Virus record (IMG/VR): IMGVR_UViG_3300045988_113672
DNA from: a virus
Length of the DNA stretch: 45,644 nt
Direction: 5' to 3' (one strand)
Position numbers and translations under genes: made by a program. Shown one piece after another: positions 37,501-42,886 of this stretch; within the stretch, counting starts at the first letter, position 1; every line of letters begins with the position of its first letter. Under the pieces are notes generated by a model. It was not told the DNA's origin. It was given only the letters and a program-made list of their open reading frames with translations, and did no database searches.

Positions 37501-37893
37501 CCGTTGACGAAGATGCTGCTTGACCCGCAGAGCGTGAGCGCCTATACCGCGTATGATAAGCTGGATGATACGTTCAAGTCCGATGAGGATAAGGCGTACA
37601 TGCAGCTTGCGCGTGCGGCGTGGGAGAAGACCAAGAACGCAAGCGCGCTGCCGCATCCGAACAGCGATTTTAGCGTCAACGAAACGACCTATGAAATCGG
37701 CGATGACGACTGGCAGGCATACACGGCGGAATACAAGCTGGCCTACTCCGACTACCTGCTCAAGAACTCCGCAAAGTGGACCATCCTGTCGGACAGCGAA
37801 CAGGTTGAATTGCTGAAAGAAGCCCACAAAAAGGGGCATGAAGCAGCGAAGAAGTGGTACATGGCCAAGTACGGAATAAAGGAGAAGCGATAA
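28510..37893 (+). CDS. giant 3127-aa polyvalent-type protein with an HExxH zincin motif and a Gly-rich hydrophobic core
   Basis: It is a single uninterrupted ORF. HEAGH lies at aa 1991-1995 (nt 34480-34494) with a downstream GEAFAEF. A Gly-zipper/TM-like region lies at about nt 31500-32350, and a Q/T-rich linker at about 32380-32580. Confidence 0.85.
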   Translation: MSQLSKAYEKNKKVQQSIASNLQEDEPKKQLTTVSMTSSKQQLKQVLQEQKQKEKNPVQRKNTKIGASQSPKFVRTAFISPVQPIVRTQPSSNLQRLLAKVETDNSWYSGSTPTRSEAAARIYTISQTDPARARKLNQAFSQLQRDPSSQFYNPYGSATNKAIQELANLGVDMSGGITEDWLAKNSWLKAYYRTSGNSGTPLAPTKNSTAEQNAAYYYYQILKAQDTTNQAEAEWKALQEEIGYWANRKDRNYSDDQIISRIDWSKYKTLARMDDGAASGVPLTLNSSIGYSQDALKGVIWAARNGSTGNPLADSAKAVLGAGKTWQEDKKISAKLDPSSKAYSPYSVGSTLDDAALYFGVDSFSKDWLENNRNILAGNDATAKKMYQTVYNAEQTTLKAEQELDELHASIDRYLESTTDPDQILRMIDGEYKTLDSLDESMREGKLIGTTRAIDYRKQDIEAEVRRRCLAKNTQINGADYVGAVWKLLGLPEVKTEAISAVGASRDNAINAGGATIADAGTDEEKTVFKTAYSSDFDTYLTQIKGAMDSGVSDPQGGYDYTLKRADQYAAENYMDAMDTVLTYEEAQQAKDEAIRKLNDLGVVYDEDGNIDMSNRKGSLIVPGADTAMAAAGMSDAPRKLRKTSDDTADEIDMLRKEIASGYGKDEKGKRVKLTDEEIELKHSQLQALLHPEAITATQKEINQLLAVVDESTETMERTQKSYDKANITLKNITEGYSVADRMQALTGVKAGDSDSTLAQMTYLFSIARNYEPTEYRSANLYALAMDGQGATYEETAAAARQGMAENKQMIEQINFALGELESKGAHLPDDKMENVKRYVAALERDVQDAEYFLLRENDDYYQESQDVSNEIFAAWQDYNELNPLGMLNPFADRKGYTALDNVVAIRLEQLQMEEASKTIGRNLKSDKVIMSTGNPAKDGYYTEDINQLSKNECMTYLYIRGKEGVDAAQEYYDHLTNAEYGVINMRRNLDWTAKAQEFADQNAVTGALASALTVIASPLTVGGMVESIKADVLGQELNPYARGFVYGNMSGTARATVKENISESVGGGAGGWLLGALYDALMSYGDSMVSSYFMGGLGSAAGSGAGKLLAKTGLTENYVNLASNVVSSFVTASGQGMQAVGNAMMDAKLRGATPDEARVLGLVTFLAETATEAIEVETIDSAIHGGAEREFKDTFKKLLFNMFNEGAGEGVSELVEGMADKVVMDYKSNWAESVQRYIDEGMTKKQAEDAAWKEILWNAAEAAAVGGISGGLGTGLGYVQGRIFGDGSQTQDAVQPTAETVQQTQQTAQETVQQTAQEQTQQEAPTIAQETQNADVENAAPETAEAAQTPNTKEETQPFDTGERLTQYEVNEKTVRQVTALTASLEADEASQTATIGAALLGDNATPQETAFASAAAQHMTDTLGSDAAVRFTRDVLLLDSDTNGVRAALTVAALNKGGNASQVAQRMAQEGVTAEGIQELKAAADLDVQDANVTAQMQQTVQENQVALRTAQLIGDGALKAVQPYETAVAQAKSVLRQAQGELRRQVKRREGLGQNLLSLQEQINSGTATPQLLDTFRSTVKDIEGQIKVVNEYTQRVANAEQSLHDAQNQLDTVRDDTLRQVRQQAQQDVADMQAQQLAEQEAAKAEQAQQAEAQEKTGYQKKQFIPYDGPVPQTVDNVQQETVAIDDASYAQVQQIVEDAQADSETKSGVRSLVKSALRAVFGSRFDQTQVTVDNVQFDGQPYTVTLFKNLINKVVSDPNMTTEKLSVLSNIEQVLKNAIYETSSDVDRSRQSKERVVRYDYLSSRTKINGQDYNAILTVEAYDYQNKMKTYRLENIEMTPVDFPSATGYAPALAETDQNQVQYRLRTDPPDSVASSNSILASDAENVNTENISNLESLNDANVQASYGVPGVTSTGKSGTTGAVVSPIVTAQNLAKSLGVGMTLGTRKMDTGSTKIPKAVRGYYEQNAKYIAVRSNEASSYAVTMHEAGHAIADKIGLTGTQEMVDRLNPVFAKNYNAQQLPGEAFAEFVSLYMRDSRMAEEFAGSDFMRTFESALRRADIDKAVHQARDQIQTYAAASTLDRAKAGIIDQADAQRKDSMAEKLRDFVTNVADWTRPLEDVDKAFAASNDGQYGNVRQTAKKRNFADRIVESLFTNAMTNADHTIIGESFSAAFEGIDGKNADDFITYGLLKHSLSRDVQGKQVFANDLTHDQRVEAVRQIEEASPQYKEALDKFEKTWHQFMQAWMVDTGYLSQEAFDRMNEMYPYWLPTVRAREGKVRGGGRRGTFTIHQATGSDLQIINPIDTIANYVTRIVDMNLRNNVAIAFDEAYQTSNGMGIWAREITQDMRRTAVNTEDVQQRVNDILSEADIDTDVIGNVLEAIGQEAVSWQGTNTSTEGDTLCVVRRDGTNAYYQFDADGRAIYEALTGNGKAVHSETRRALKAFSNVTSFVSRMATTYAPTFAMTNPIKDLQSSIYHGSWASNYLTGIVKWFVSAYEVTTNSQGVQEYKAQGGGGWNQIQTGFRKGADEYRGKLFEGYWKRDAKSIAKHIGETALDVVTLDRLNDIIETASRYAEYRFGKHDLSTPEGRAEAFQAAQDVTTDFANGGKGAGVLIARSIMPFLNPNIQGTYRASLELSGRERGRLGARMTKRIVNTMFLSALASVIRARFGSDEDKDLYGRISDGVKTSNLIIPNVFNRDSDRRFVRIPISQDPLDQALYTLTTSAIDAYNGDDDFITELLAGASQIVSNVTLGASDLLSEGSLPERLNGFMQGTIFGPAWGLITNQTYYGGKIVGDYLDELSPVSQYDETTNDMFIWLGARLGVSPKRLEYLYDQYTGYAGQLLMAVTDGDNALKTTVNTFHKRLTIDPAYTNDISSAYSDNKAFISQLQKTISKTGTDGKMLRSGLTEDERSQAYEEIKAMNKKGGLLKDTNDQISELWNEIHAVQDDETKTEAERRTLILQYRDQITDLQLSFNEQFGQFQAKYVTGENPLTKMLLDPQSVSAYTAYDKLDDTFKSDEDKAYMQLARAAWEKTKNASALPHPNSDFSVNETTYEIGDDDWQAYTAEYKLAYSDYLLKNSAKWTILSDSEQVELLKEAHKKGHEAAKKWYMAKYGIKEKR

Positions 37894-37895
37894 CC

Positions 37896-38090
37896 ATGCG
37901 TTTTGACCGCATCCATCAATCCAGCATCGACGCGGCCGAGGCAGCCTACGGGCTGACTGACGACGAGCGCGAGGTGCTGTCCCTGTCCAGGCGCGGGAAA
38001 TCTGTTGTCGCCATCGGCATGGAGCTGGGCATGAGCACCCGAACCGTCAGCCGCCGCAGAGCGGACATCAAGCGCAAGATCAACATCTGA
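37896..38090 (+). CDS. small LuxR/sigma-r4-type HTH protein
   Basis: LTDDEREVLSLSRRGKSVVAIGMELGMSTRTVSRRRADIKRKI. ATG 37896 follows AAGGAG, 2 nt after the giant gene's stop. Confidence 0.65.
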   Translation: MRFDRIHQSSIDAAEAAYGLTDDEREVLSLSRRGKSVVAIGMELGMSTRTVSRRRADIKRKINI

Positions 38091-38094
38091 CACG

Positions 38095-38121
38095 GCCCCC
38101 GCAAGGGGGCTTTTTATTTTT
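38095..38121 (+). terminator. intrinsic terminator
   Basis: GCCCCC-GCAA-GGGGGC followed by TTTTTATTTTT. Confidence 0.85.
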
Positions 38122-38133
38122 GTAAAAAATGTG

Positions 38134-38162
38134 TTGACAATATCCCAAATCGATGCTATTAT
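38134..38162 (+). promoter_or_regulatory. near-consensus sigma-70-type promoter
   Basis: TTGACA (38134-39), a 17-nt spacer, then TATTAT (38157-62). Confidence 0.7.
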
Positions 38163-38313
38163 AACAGCGTCGGGAGACAATCCCGATGTCAGGAGAGCAA
38201 TCCCCTGCTGAATTGAAACAGTGTTAGTATCAAGATGATGAACTTTTGAAAAAAAGTATCGGAATCGGAAAATAGTCCTGCAGCAATGCGGGGCTGTTTT
38301 TTTATTGCCCAAA

Positions 38314-38341
38314 TGGCGCGAAACTGGCGCGAATGTGGCGC
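38314..38341 (+). repeat. three direct TGGCGC(GAA) repeats at 11-bp period
   Basis: The sequence is aaaTGGCGCGAAacTGGCGCGAAtgTGGCGCttt, in the leader of the 38411 gene. Confidence 0.7.
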
Positions 38342-38410
38342 TTTTACCTCCGTGTTTTGTGCGACAATCAGCACACCGGGAACCCCGGAATAACACAAGG
38401 GAGGATTATC

Positions 38411-38986
38411 ATGGACGTTGAATACACTCGCAGAGGCCAAGGCAATCTGAATACTGTGCTTGGCGCAATCGGAACGGCTGGCGCTGTTGGCATTCTGAAC
38501 GGCGGACTGGGCGGCTTGTTTGGCGGCGCGCGCAATGTGAACGTCAACGGCGAATGCAGCGAAAATCACCTGGTTGATCGCTATGAAGCTTCTCAGCAGG
38601 CAAAAATCGCCCAGCTTGAGACCGAAATTAAGCTGCGCGACAGCACCATCTATACCGATCAGAAGAGCCTTGCGCTGTACCAGTACATTGACGGGCAGAT
38701 CAAGGAGATTCGCAGCGAACTGTCCGATCAGCGCGTACACAACCAGCGCACTGAGGATAGCTTTGTCCTGGCGCGTCAGGATCTGGCTACCGTTAAGGCC
38801 GAGCTGGACGGCAAGATCAAGATGGAAGCCGAAAAGCGCTGCTGCGGCGATAACTCCATCGTGACCTATGCAAACGCCACCTTCTACCCCAAGCAGGTTG
38901 CTGACGTGACCGTAGGCACTGCCACAACCGCGCAGAGCACCTACAATCCGCTGCCCAAGTGCGGCGATTGCTGTGGCAACAACTGA
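38411..38986 (+). CDS. hypothetical protein: Gly-zipper N-terminus, coiled coil, Cys-rich C-terminus
   Basis: ATG 38411 follows AAGGGAGG. It contains LGAIGTAGAVGILNGGLGGLFGG, then a coiled coil, and ends ...CGDCCGNN. Confidence 0.7.
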   Translation: MDVEYTRRGQGNLNTVLGAIGTAGAVGILNGGLGGLFGGARNVNVNGECSENHLVDRYEASQQAKIAQLETEIKLRDSTIYTDQKSLALYQYIDGQIKEIRSELSDQRVHNQRTEDSFVLARQDLATVKAELDGKIKMEAEKRCCGDNSIVTYANATFYPKQVADVTVGTATTAQSTYNPLPKCGDCCGNN

Positions 38987-39047
38987 CAAAAGCGGGGGGG
39001 CTGGCGCTGACCGGCTCTTCCCGTTTTTCTGATTGGAGGATTACGTA

Positions 39048-39395
39048 ATGGTTAGTATTGAGACCATAGAGCGAGGCCTTGCGCAGTATATCGACGCTGA
39101 ATTGCTGCCTAAATTGCCGCAGGACGGCCTTAAGGGCTTTGGCGTGCGGTCGATGGCTACGGCTATTGTAATGCGCGGGGGACGGCTCCTGAGCGCCTAC
39201 GCGACCTGGAAGCCTGCGCAGATCATGGGCGCTATTACGCCTGACGGCGCAGTTGATATAGATTTTTTGCGCGATGTTTTCAAGGGCGGCATCCAGCAGG
39301 GCGGCCAGAAAATTGATTTGCCGCTTGGCGTGTCGCTGAGAATTACGCCTGAGGATGTAGATCACATATACAGCTACATCATGCAGGCGCAGTAA
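39048..39395 (+). CDS. hypothetical protein (115 aa)
   Basis: ATG 39048 follows GGAGGA. Confidence 0.6.
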   Translation: MVSIETIERGLAQYIDAELLPKLPQDGLKGFGVRSMATAIVMRGGRLLSAYATWKPAQIMGAITPDGAVDIDFLRDVFKGGIQQGGQKIDLPLGVSLRITPEDVDHIYSYIMQAQ

Positions 39396-39405
39396 GGAGG
39401 AAATC

Positions 39406-39714
39406 ATGAAAGAACTGAAAGAAGTCATCCGCGACATCGGGGAAATCCTGGACAGCGCGGAGATGTACGCCAAGGAAGCCGTCAAGCACAAGACGCAGTA
39501 TCCTTCCCTGGCAGGCGTCTATTGCCGCATCGCGCAGGACGATCTGTCTCACGTCGATATGCTGCATAAGCAGGCCGTTGAGATGATTGGTGAACAGAAG
39601 CGCTCCGGTGCGACCGTCCCCGAATCCATGCAGGCTGTGTGGGATTTTGAGCACGAGCGCCAGATCGAGGACGTGGCGGACGTGAAGCGGCTGATCGATA
39701 TGTACAAGGAGTGA
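39406..39714 (+). CDS. hypothetical helical protein (102 aa)
   Basis: The ATG follows AAGGAGG. The sequence looks all-helical and has H/E/D pairs. Confidence 0.6.
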   Translation: MKELKEVIRDIGEILDSAEMYAKEAVKHKTQYPSLAGVYCRIAQDDLSHVDMLHKQAVEMIGEQKRSGATVPESMQAVWDFEHERQIEDVADVKRLIDMYKE

Positions 39715-39717
39715 CAA

Positions 39718-39764
39718 TTAGTCATAGCGTTAGTCATAGAAATTAGTCATAGCGTTAGTCATAG
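39718..39764 (+). repeat. four direct TTAGTCATAG repeats (candidate integrase arm-type sites, P arm)
   Basis: Copies lie at 39718, 39730, 39743 and 39755. Confidence 0.65.
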
Positions 39765-39791
39765 CAGAACTTAATGAAACCCAAGCATAAG

Positions 39792-39828
39792 AAAAACCCC
39801 CGATTTCGTACTGAAATGGGGGCTTTTT
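39792..39828. terminator. bidirectional intrinsic terminator
   Basis: AAAAA-CCCCCgATTTC-gtact-GAAATGGGGG-cTTTTT. Confidence 0.8.
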
Positions 39829-39837
39829 CGGACATTT

Positions 39838-39887
39838 TGGTCGAGGTGACAGGATTTGAACCTGCGACCTTTTGGTCCCGAACCAAG
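39838..39887 (-). other. attP core: 3' 50 nt (positions 27-76) of a tRNA-Pro(CGG) gene
   Basis: The reverse complement is CTTGG-TTCGGGA-CCAAA-AGGTC-GCAGG-TTCAAAT-CCTGT-CACCTCG-A-CCA. No D-arm or 5' acceptor strand lies upstream. G72/A73 are typical of bacterial tRNA-Pro. Confidence 0.8.
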
Positions 39888-39924
39888 TCAAACATGTTGA
39901 TATTGCTAATATTTTTAACAATGA

Positions 39925-39945
39925 TTAGTCATAGATTAGTCATAA
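39925..39945 (+). repeat. two further TTAGTCATA(G/A) repeats (P' arm)
   Basis: Copies lie at 39925 and 39936, in the same orientation as the four on the other side of the core. Confidence 0.6.
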
Positions 39946-39966
39946 TGTTTTTCGGGCGGTTTGGTA

Positions 39967-41088
39967 TTATATCAGGTCTGTGATGGCGCGAAGAGATTGA
40001 ACGTCCTCGCTCTGATAGTATTTTGTCATGGATGCGTCGGCGTGGCCCATCAGGGCGGCCTTGTCCGTGTCGCTGCCGGGGACGGCCTTGAGCAGGTTGG
40101 CGAAAGTATGTCGGCAGGAATAGGGCGTTCTGTCGGCGATACCCAGCTTTTCCATGGCAGGGACAAAGCAGAACTTGCGAAAGTATTCTTCGGTCATCCG
40201 TGTGCCGTCAGCGCGTGGGAACAGGTATTGACTGCTGTCCGAAAGGCGATCCTGCATGATCTGCGCCAGCTTTGGCGACAACGTGATCGTGCGGTCTGTG
40301 CCTGCCTTGGTTTTGCCGCCGCCGATCAGGGTATTCGACTCTGGATTGTACGCGGCCTTTTTTAAGTTGAACATCTCTGTAGGCCTAAAGCCTGTGTAGC
40401 ACATAAAGTAGATATAATCCGCATAGAGCACCGTTCCGACGGCGCTTTTTATTTTGTCCAATTCGGCCAGCGTAAACGCCGGGCGCGTGCCCTTCTTTTC
40501 CTTGCCCGTGTGCAGGTGGGCGGAATACACCTTGTCGATGATGTCATTGTCGTAGGCATATTTGCTGAGCAGGCCGGCGATTGTTCGCATGTCCTCTTTT
40601 GTCGATTTTCCGCGCGGGCAGTTGTCTATGCACTGCTGCCAGTCCTCTGTTTTGATATCCCTAAATTGTACAAAATGCAAAGCCTCGAAATGCTTAAAGG
40701 CGCACTTATAGCAGGACAGGGTTTGCTTGCCGATTCGTCCCTCATAGGTGGGCAGCCATTTGTCGTACAGGCCGATCAGCGTAATGGCGCTCTGGTTGGC
40801 GCGCTGCCCCTTGAGCGTGCTGCAATAGGCAAGTGCTTCCGTCTTGGTCTTAAAGCCGCCCTTTGTGCGGTATTTCCTGCGCTGGACGCCGTCCTTGCCG
40901 ACGTACACGCCAAGCGTTACCTGCGCTGTCCAGGTCCTGCCGTTCTTAAATGCCGTCCCGGTGCCATTGCCGCGCGTCTTCACGCCCTTTGGCTTTACCT
41001 CCTGTCGCATCCCGCACCAGGGGCAGAACGGCGCGCCGTCCGGGATTGCGCCCTTGCACTTTTTGCATTCCATGGCGTTTTTCTCCAT
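39967..41088 (-). CDS. int: tyrosine integrase with an N-terminal zinc ribbon
   Basis: CKKCKGAIPDGAPFCPWCG forms the zinc ribbon. The C-terminal catalytic signatures are ...YSCRHTFANLL...LMGHADASMTKYYQ. Confidence 0.9.
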   Translation of the reverse strand: MEKNAMECKKCKGAIPDGAPFCPWCGMRQEVKPKGVKTRGNGTGTAFKNGRTWTAQVTLGVYVGKDGVQRRKYRTKGGFKTKTEALAYCSTLKGQRANQSAITLIGLYDKWLPTYEGRIGKQTLSCYKCAFKHFEALHFVQFRDIKTEDWQQCIDNCPRGKSTKEDMRTIAGLLSKYAYDNDIIDKVYSAHLHTGKEKKGTRPAFTLAELDKIKSAVGTVLYADYIYFMCYTGFRPTEMFNLKKAAYNPESNTLIGGGKTKAGTDRTITLSPKLAQIMQDRLSDSSQYLFPRADGTRMTEEYFRKFCFVPAMEKLGIADRTPYSCRHTFANLLKAVPGSDTDKAALMGHADASMTKYYQSEDVQSLRAITDLI

Positions 41089-41184
41089 TTTTATCGCATC
41101 ATATGTGATTTGCGCGACAGCTTTTTTATCAGATGTGACGGATTATCCATACATGGATAGGCGAATTAACCCGCCTTCTCGACG

Positions 41185-41685
41185 TCAGCCTGTAACGCGG
41201 TAAATAAAGCCGTAGTTGGGGTCGAGCAGATCGAACATCAGCAGCAGGCCGAAGATAAAGGACATGATGATAATTGCAACGATCATCACGCTGATCTTGT
41301 GCCGCAGCTTTTTAATCGTGCCTTCCAGCGCTTCTATTCTGTCCTGATCGTCCCCGTGTGATTTTTCCTTTTCATCTTTTAAATACTGCACGCTATGCCT
41401 TAAGTTGGCTATCAGGTCGCTGGTGTGCTGCTGCGGCGTGTAATCGTGTATCACGGTTGGCTCGTGCCGGATGCCCGCCAGCTCGTCCAGGGAGCCGTCG
41501 GCAGATCGCACCAGGGCGGCCACGGTCTGGAACTGCGGCGCGGTCTGTCCGTCCAGGATGCGCGTGATCGTCTGCCCGCTTACGCCGGATACGGCTTCCC
41601 ATTGCTTGATTGTCCAATTTTTGCTGCTGCGCAAGCCAGCCAGATAGCCAGCAATGTCCATGCGATTGTCGGTTGTCTCATCCAT
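41185..41685 (-). CDS. membrane-anchored HTH protein
   Basis: The internal ATG (MDETTDNRMD...) follows GGTGAGGGA. The HTH is WTIKQWEAVSGVSGQTITRIL, followed by a coiled coil and the C-terminal TM VMIVAIIIMSFIFGLLLMF. Confidence 0.65.
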   Translation of the reverse strand: MDETTDNRMDIAGYLAGLRSSKNWTIKQWEAVSGVSGQTITRILDGQTAPQFQTVAALVRSADGSLDELAGIRHEPTVIHDYTPQQHTSDLIANLRHSVQYLKDEKEKSHGDDQDRIEALEGTIKKLRHKISVMIVAIIIMSFIFGLLLMFDLLDPNYGFIYRVTG

Positions 41686-41827
41686 GATGCTGATTCCCTC
41701 ACCTGTGATGTATTTTGTCCCATGGCTGATAGCGCTAAGGCCCGTATCTGATAAAAAGATGATCTTGCAAATCATGCATGCTTGCGTATGGTGTAGGTAG
41801 CGAGTAAAACAAAAGGAGGCTTACACC

Positions 41828-41941
41828 ATGCCAAGGAGAAACTATCCGCCCAGGAGCCGAAAGCGCAAGACCACATTTGATCTGCCTCCGCAGGTAATCG
41901 ACCAGATTATCATGCGCAGGGACGAAGAACGTATACATTAG
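41828..41941 (+). CDS. 37-aa basic peptide (below the track cutoff), possibly RHH-like
   Basis: AAAAGGAGG lies 8 nt upstream of the ATG. It reads MPRRNYPPRSRKRKTTFDLPPQVIDQIIMRRDEERIH. Confidence 0.4.
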   Translation: MPRRNYPPRSRKRKTTFDLPPQVIDQIIMRRDEERIH

Positions 41942-42037
41942 TATATGACAATACGCGCTGGAGTATGACAAAAAGTGGGGAGAATTTTCACGATTCTGTG
42001 CGGTTTATCCCCATCCAGCACCAGTTTGTCCAATCGC

Positions 42038-42067
42038 TTGACAAGTGAGAACGGATGTTCGTATAAT
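42038..42067 (+). promoter_or_regulatory. near-consensus sigma-70-type promoter pointing antisense into the 42086..42808 gene
   Basis: TTGACA (42038-43), an 18-nt spacer, then TATAAT (42062-67). Confidence 0.5.
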
Positions 42068-42085
42068 GGTAGTGTGATCGGCAGG

Positions 42086-42808
42086 TCACTTTTTCCGGAT
42101 GAAAATCTTCTTGAACAGCCAAACAATTGCCCATAATACGCCATACACCGCAAAGATCGAAACGCAAAGCAGGGTAATAAGGAGATTGTTGCTTATTTCA
42201 TCGCCAAAGATTCTTCCTACGAAGCCAAGCACCTTGGAAAAGGCAGTCTTGATCTTGTGCCAGAGAGAAGGTTTCCCGAACGAAAAAGAATCAATTACTT
42301 CCGCAACGGCCTTATCCGAGACGACATACGGATAGAGCAAAATGGTTGTATTCCCCTGCACAGTATGATACAACTCAGCGTTTATTCCATCTGACGTGTA
42401 TGAGATTTTACTCCACTTGGCGGAACCAGCATCGTAAACTTCAATTGACTGTAACGCCGAGACGTCACCGCTCTTTTCAAGGAAAGCACGTGTTTTCTCT
42501 ATTATCTGATCGTTTTTCAGGTTTGTGAAGGAAAACTCTTCGTATGCCTTGCCCGATCCTGCGCGGACAAGAATCGAAAGCATCGAATGGCTTGCGATAA
42601 CGCCAACAGCACCAGCCTCTTCCAACTGCGACTTCAGTCCGTCAACATAATCATCCGCATCTTCCGTTGCAACCCACTCCATCCCATCAGGAACGGAAAA
42701 GCTAACGCCGTATTTATCCAGTGTGACAGACTGACCGGCAAACGCGGTGGAACACAGCAGCAGAAACACCGCCGCCAGGCAGACAGCGCGAACGATGTAC
42801 TTTTTCAC
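42086..42808 (-). CDS. exported protein with signal peptide and C-terminal TM anchor (lysogeny-side accessory gene)
   Basis: MKKYIVRAVCLAAVFLLLCSTAFAG is the signal peptide, and the C-terminal TM is LLITLLCVSIFAVYGVLWAIVWLF. GC is visibly lower than in the rest of the phage. Confidence 0.75.
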   Translation of the reverse strand: MKKYIVRAVCLAAVFLLLCSTAFAGQSVTLDKYGVSFSVPDGMEWVATEDADDYVDGLKSQLEEAGAVGVIASHSMLSILVRAGSGKAYEEFSFTNLKNDQIIEKTRAFLEKSGDVSALQSIEVYDAGSAKWSKISYTSDGINAELYHTVQGNTTILLYPYVVSDKAVAEVIDSFSFGKPSLWHKIKTAFSKVLGFVGRIFGDEISNNLLITLLCVSIFAVYGVLWAIVWLFKKIFIRKK

Positions 42809-42886
42809 AACGACCCCTCCGTATTGTAGATTGACAATATTGTATCACATTTTACCAGATAATAAAACGGAAGGAGCAATACCAAA

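Noticed and set aside
28510-37893. The giant protein as an N4-like virion RNA polymerase or crAss-like DxDxD polymerase.
   Set aside because: Reading the sequence, I could not find T7-like polymerase motifs or a DxDxD/NADFDGD-type metal site. The recognisable features (HExxH zincin, Gly-zipper block) fit a polyvalent or ejection protein better. A profile search would be needed to rule the polymerase idea out fully.
39730-39983. ORFs 39730..39921 (minus strand) and 39774..39983 (plus strand) across the attachment region (MTNAMTN...).
   Set aside because: They translate the TTAGTCATAG arm repeats, a terminator and a tRNA fragment. They have no RBS and the region is better explained as attP.
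41144-41159. The palindrome TATCCATacATGGATA downstream of the int start region as a defined operator.
   Set aside because: The inverted repeat is real, but it occurs once and has no obvious partner protein or promoter context. That is too little to call a function.
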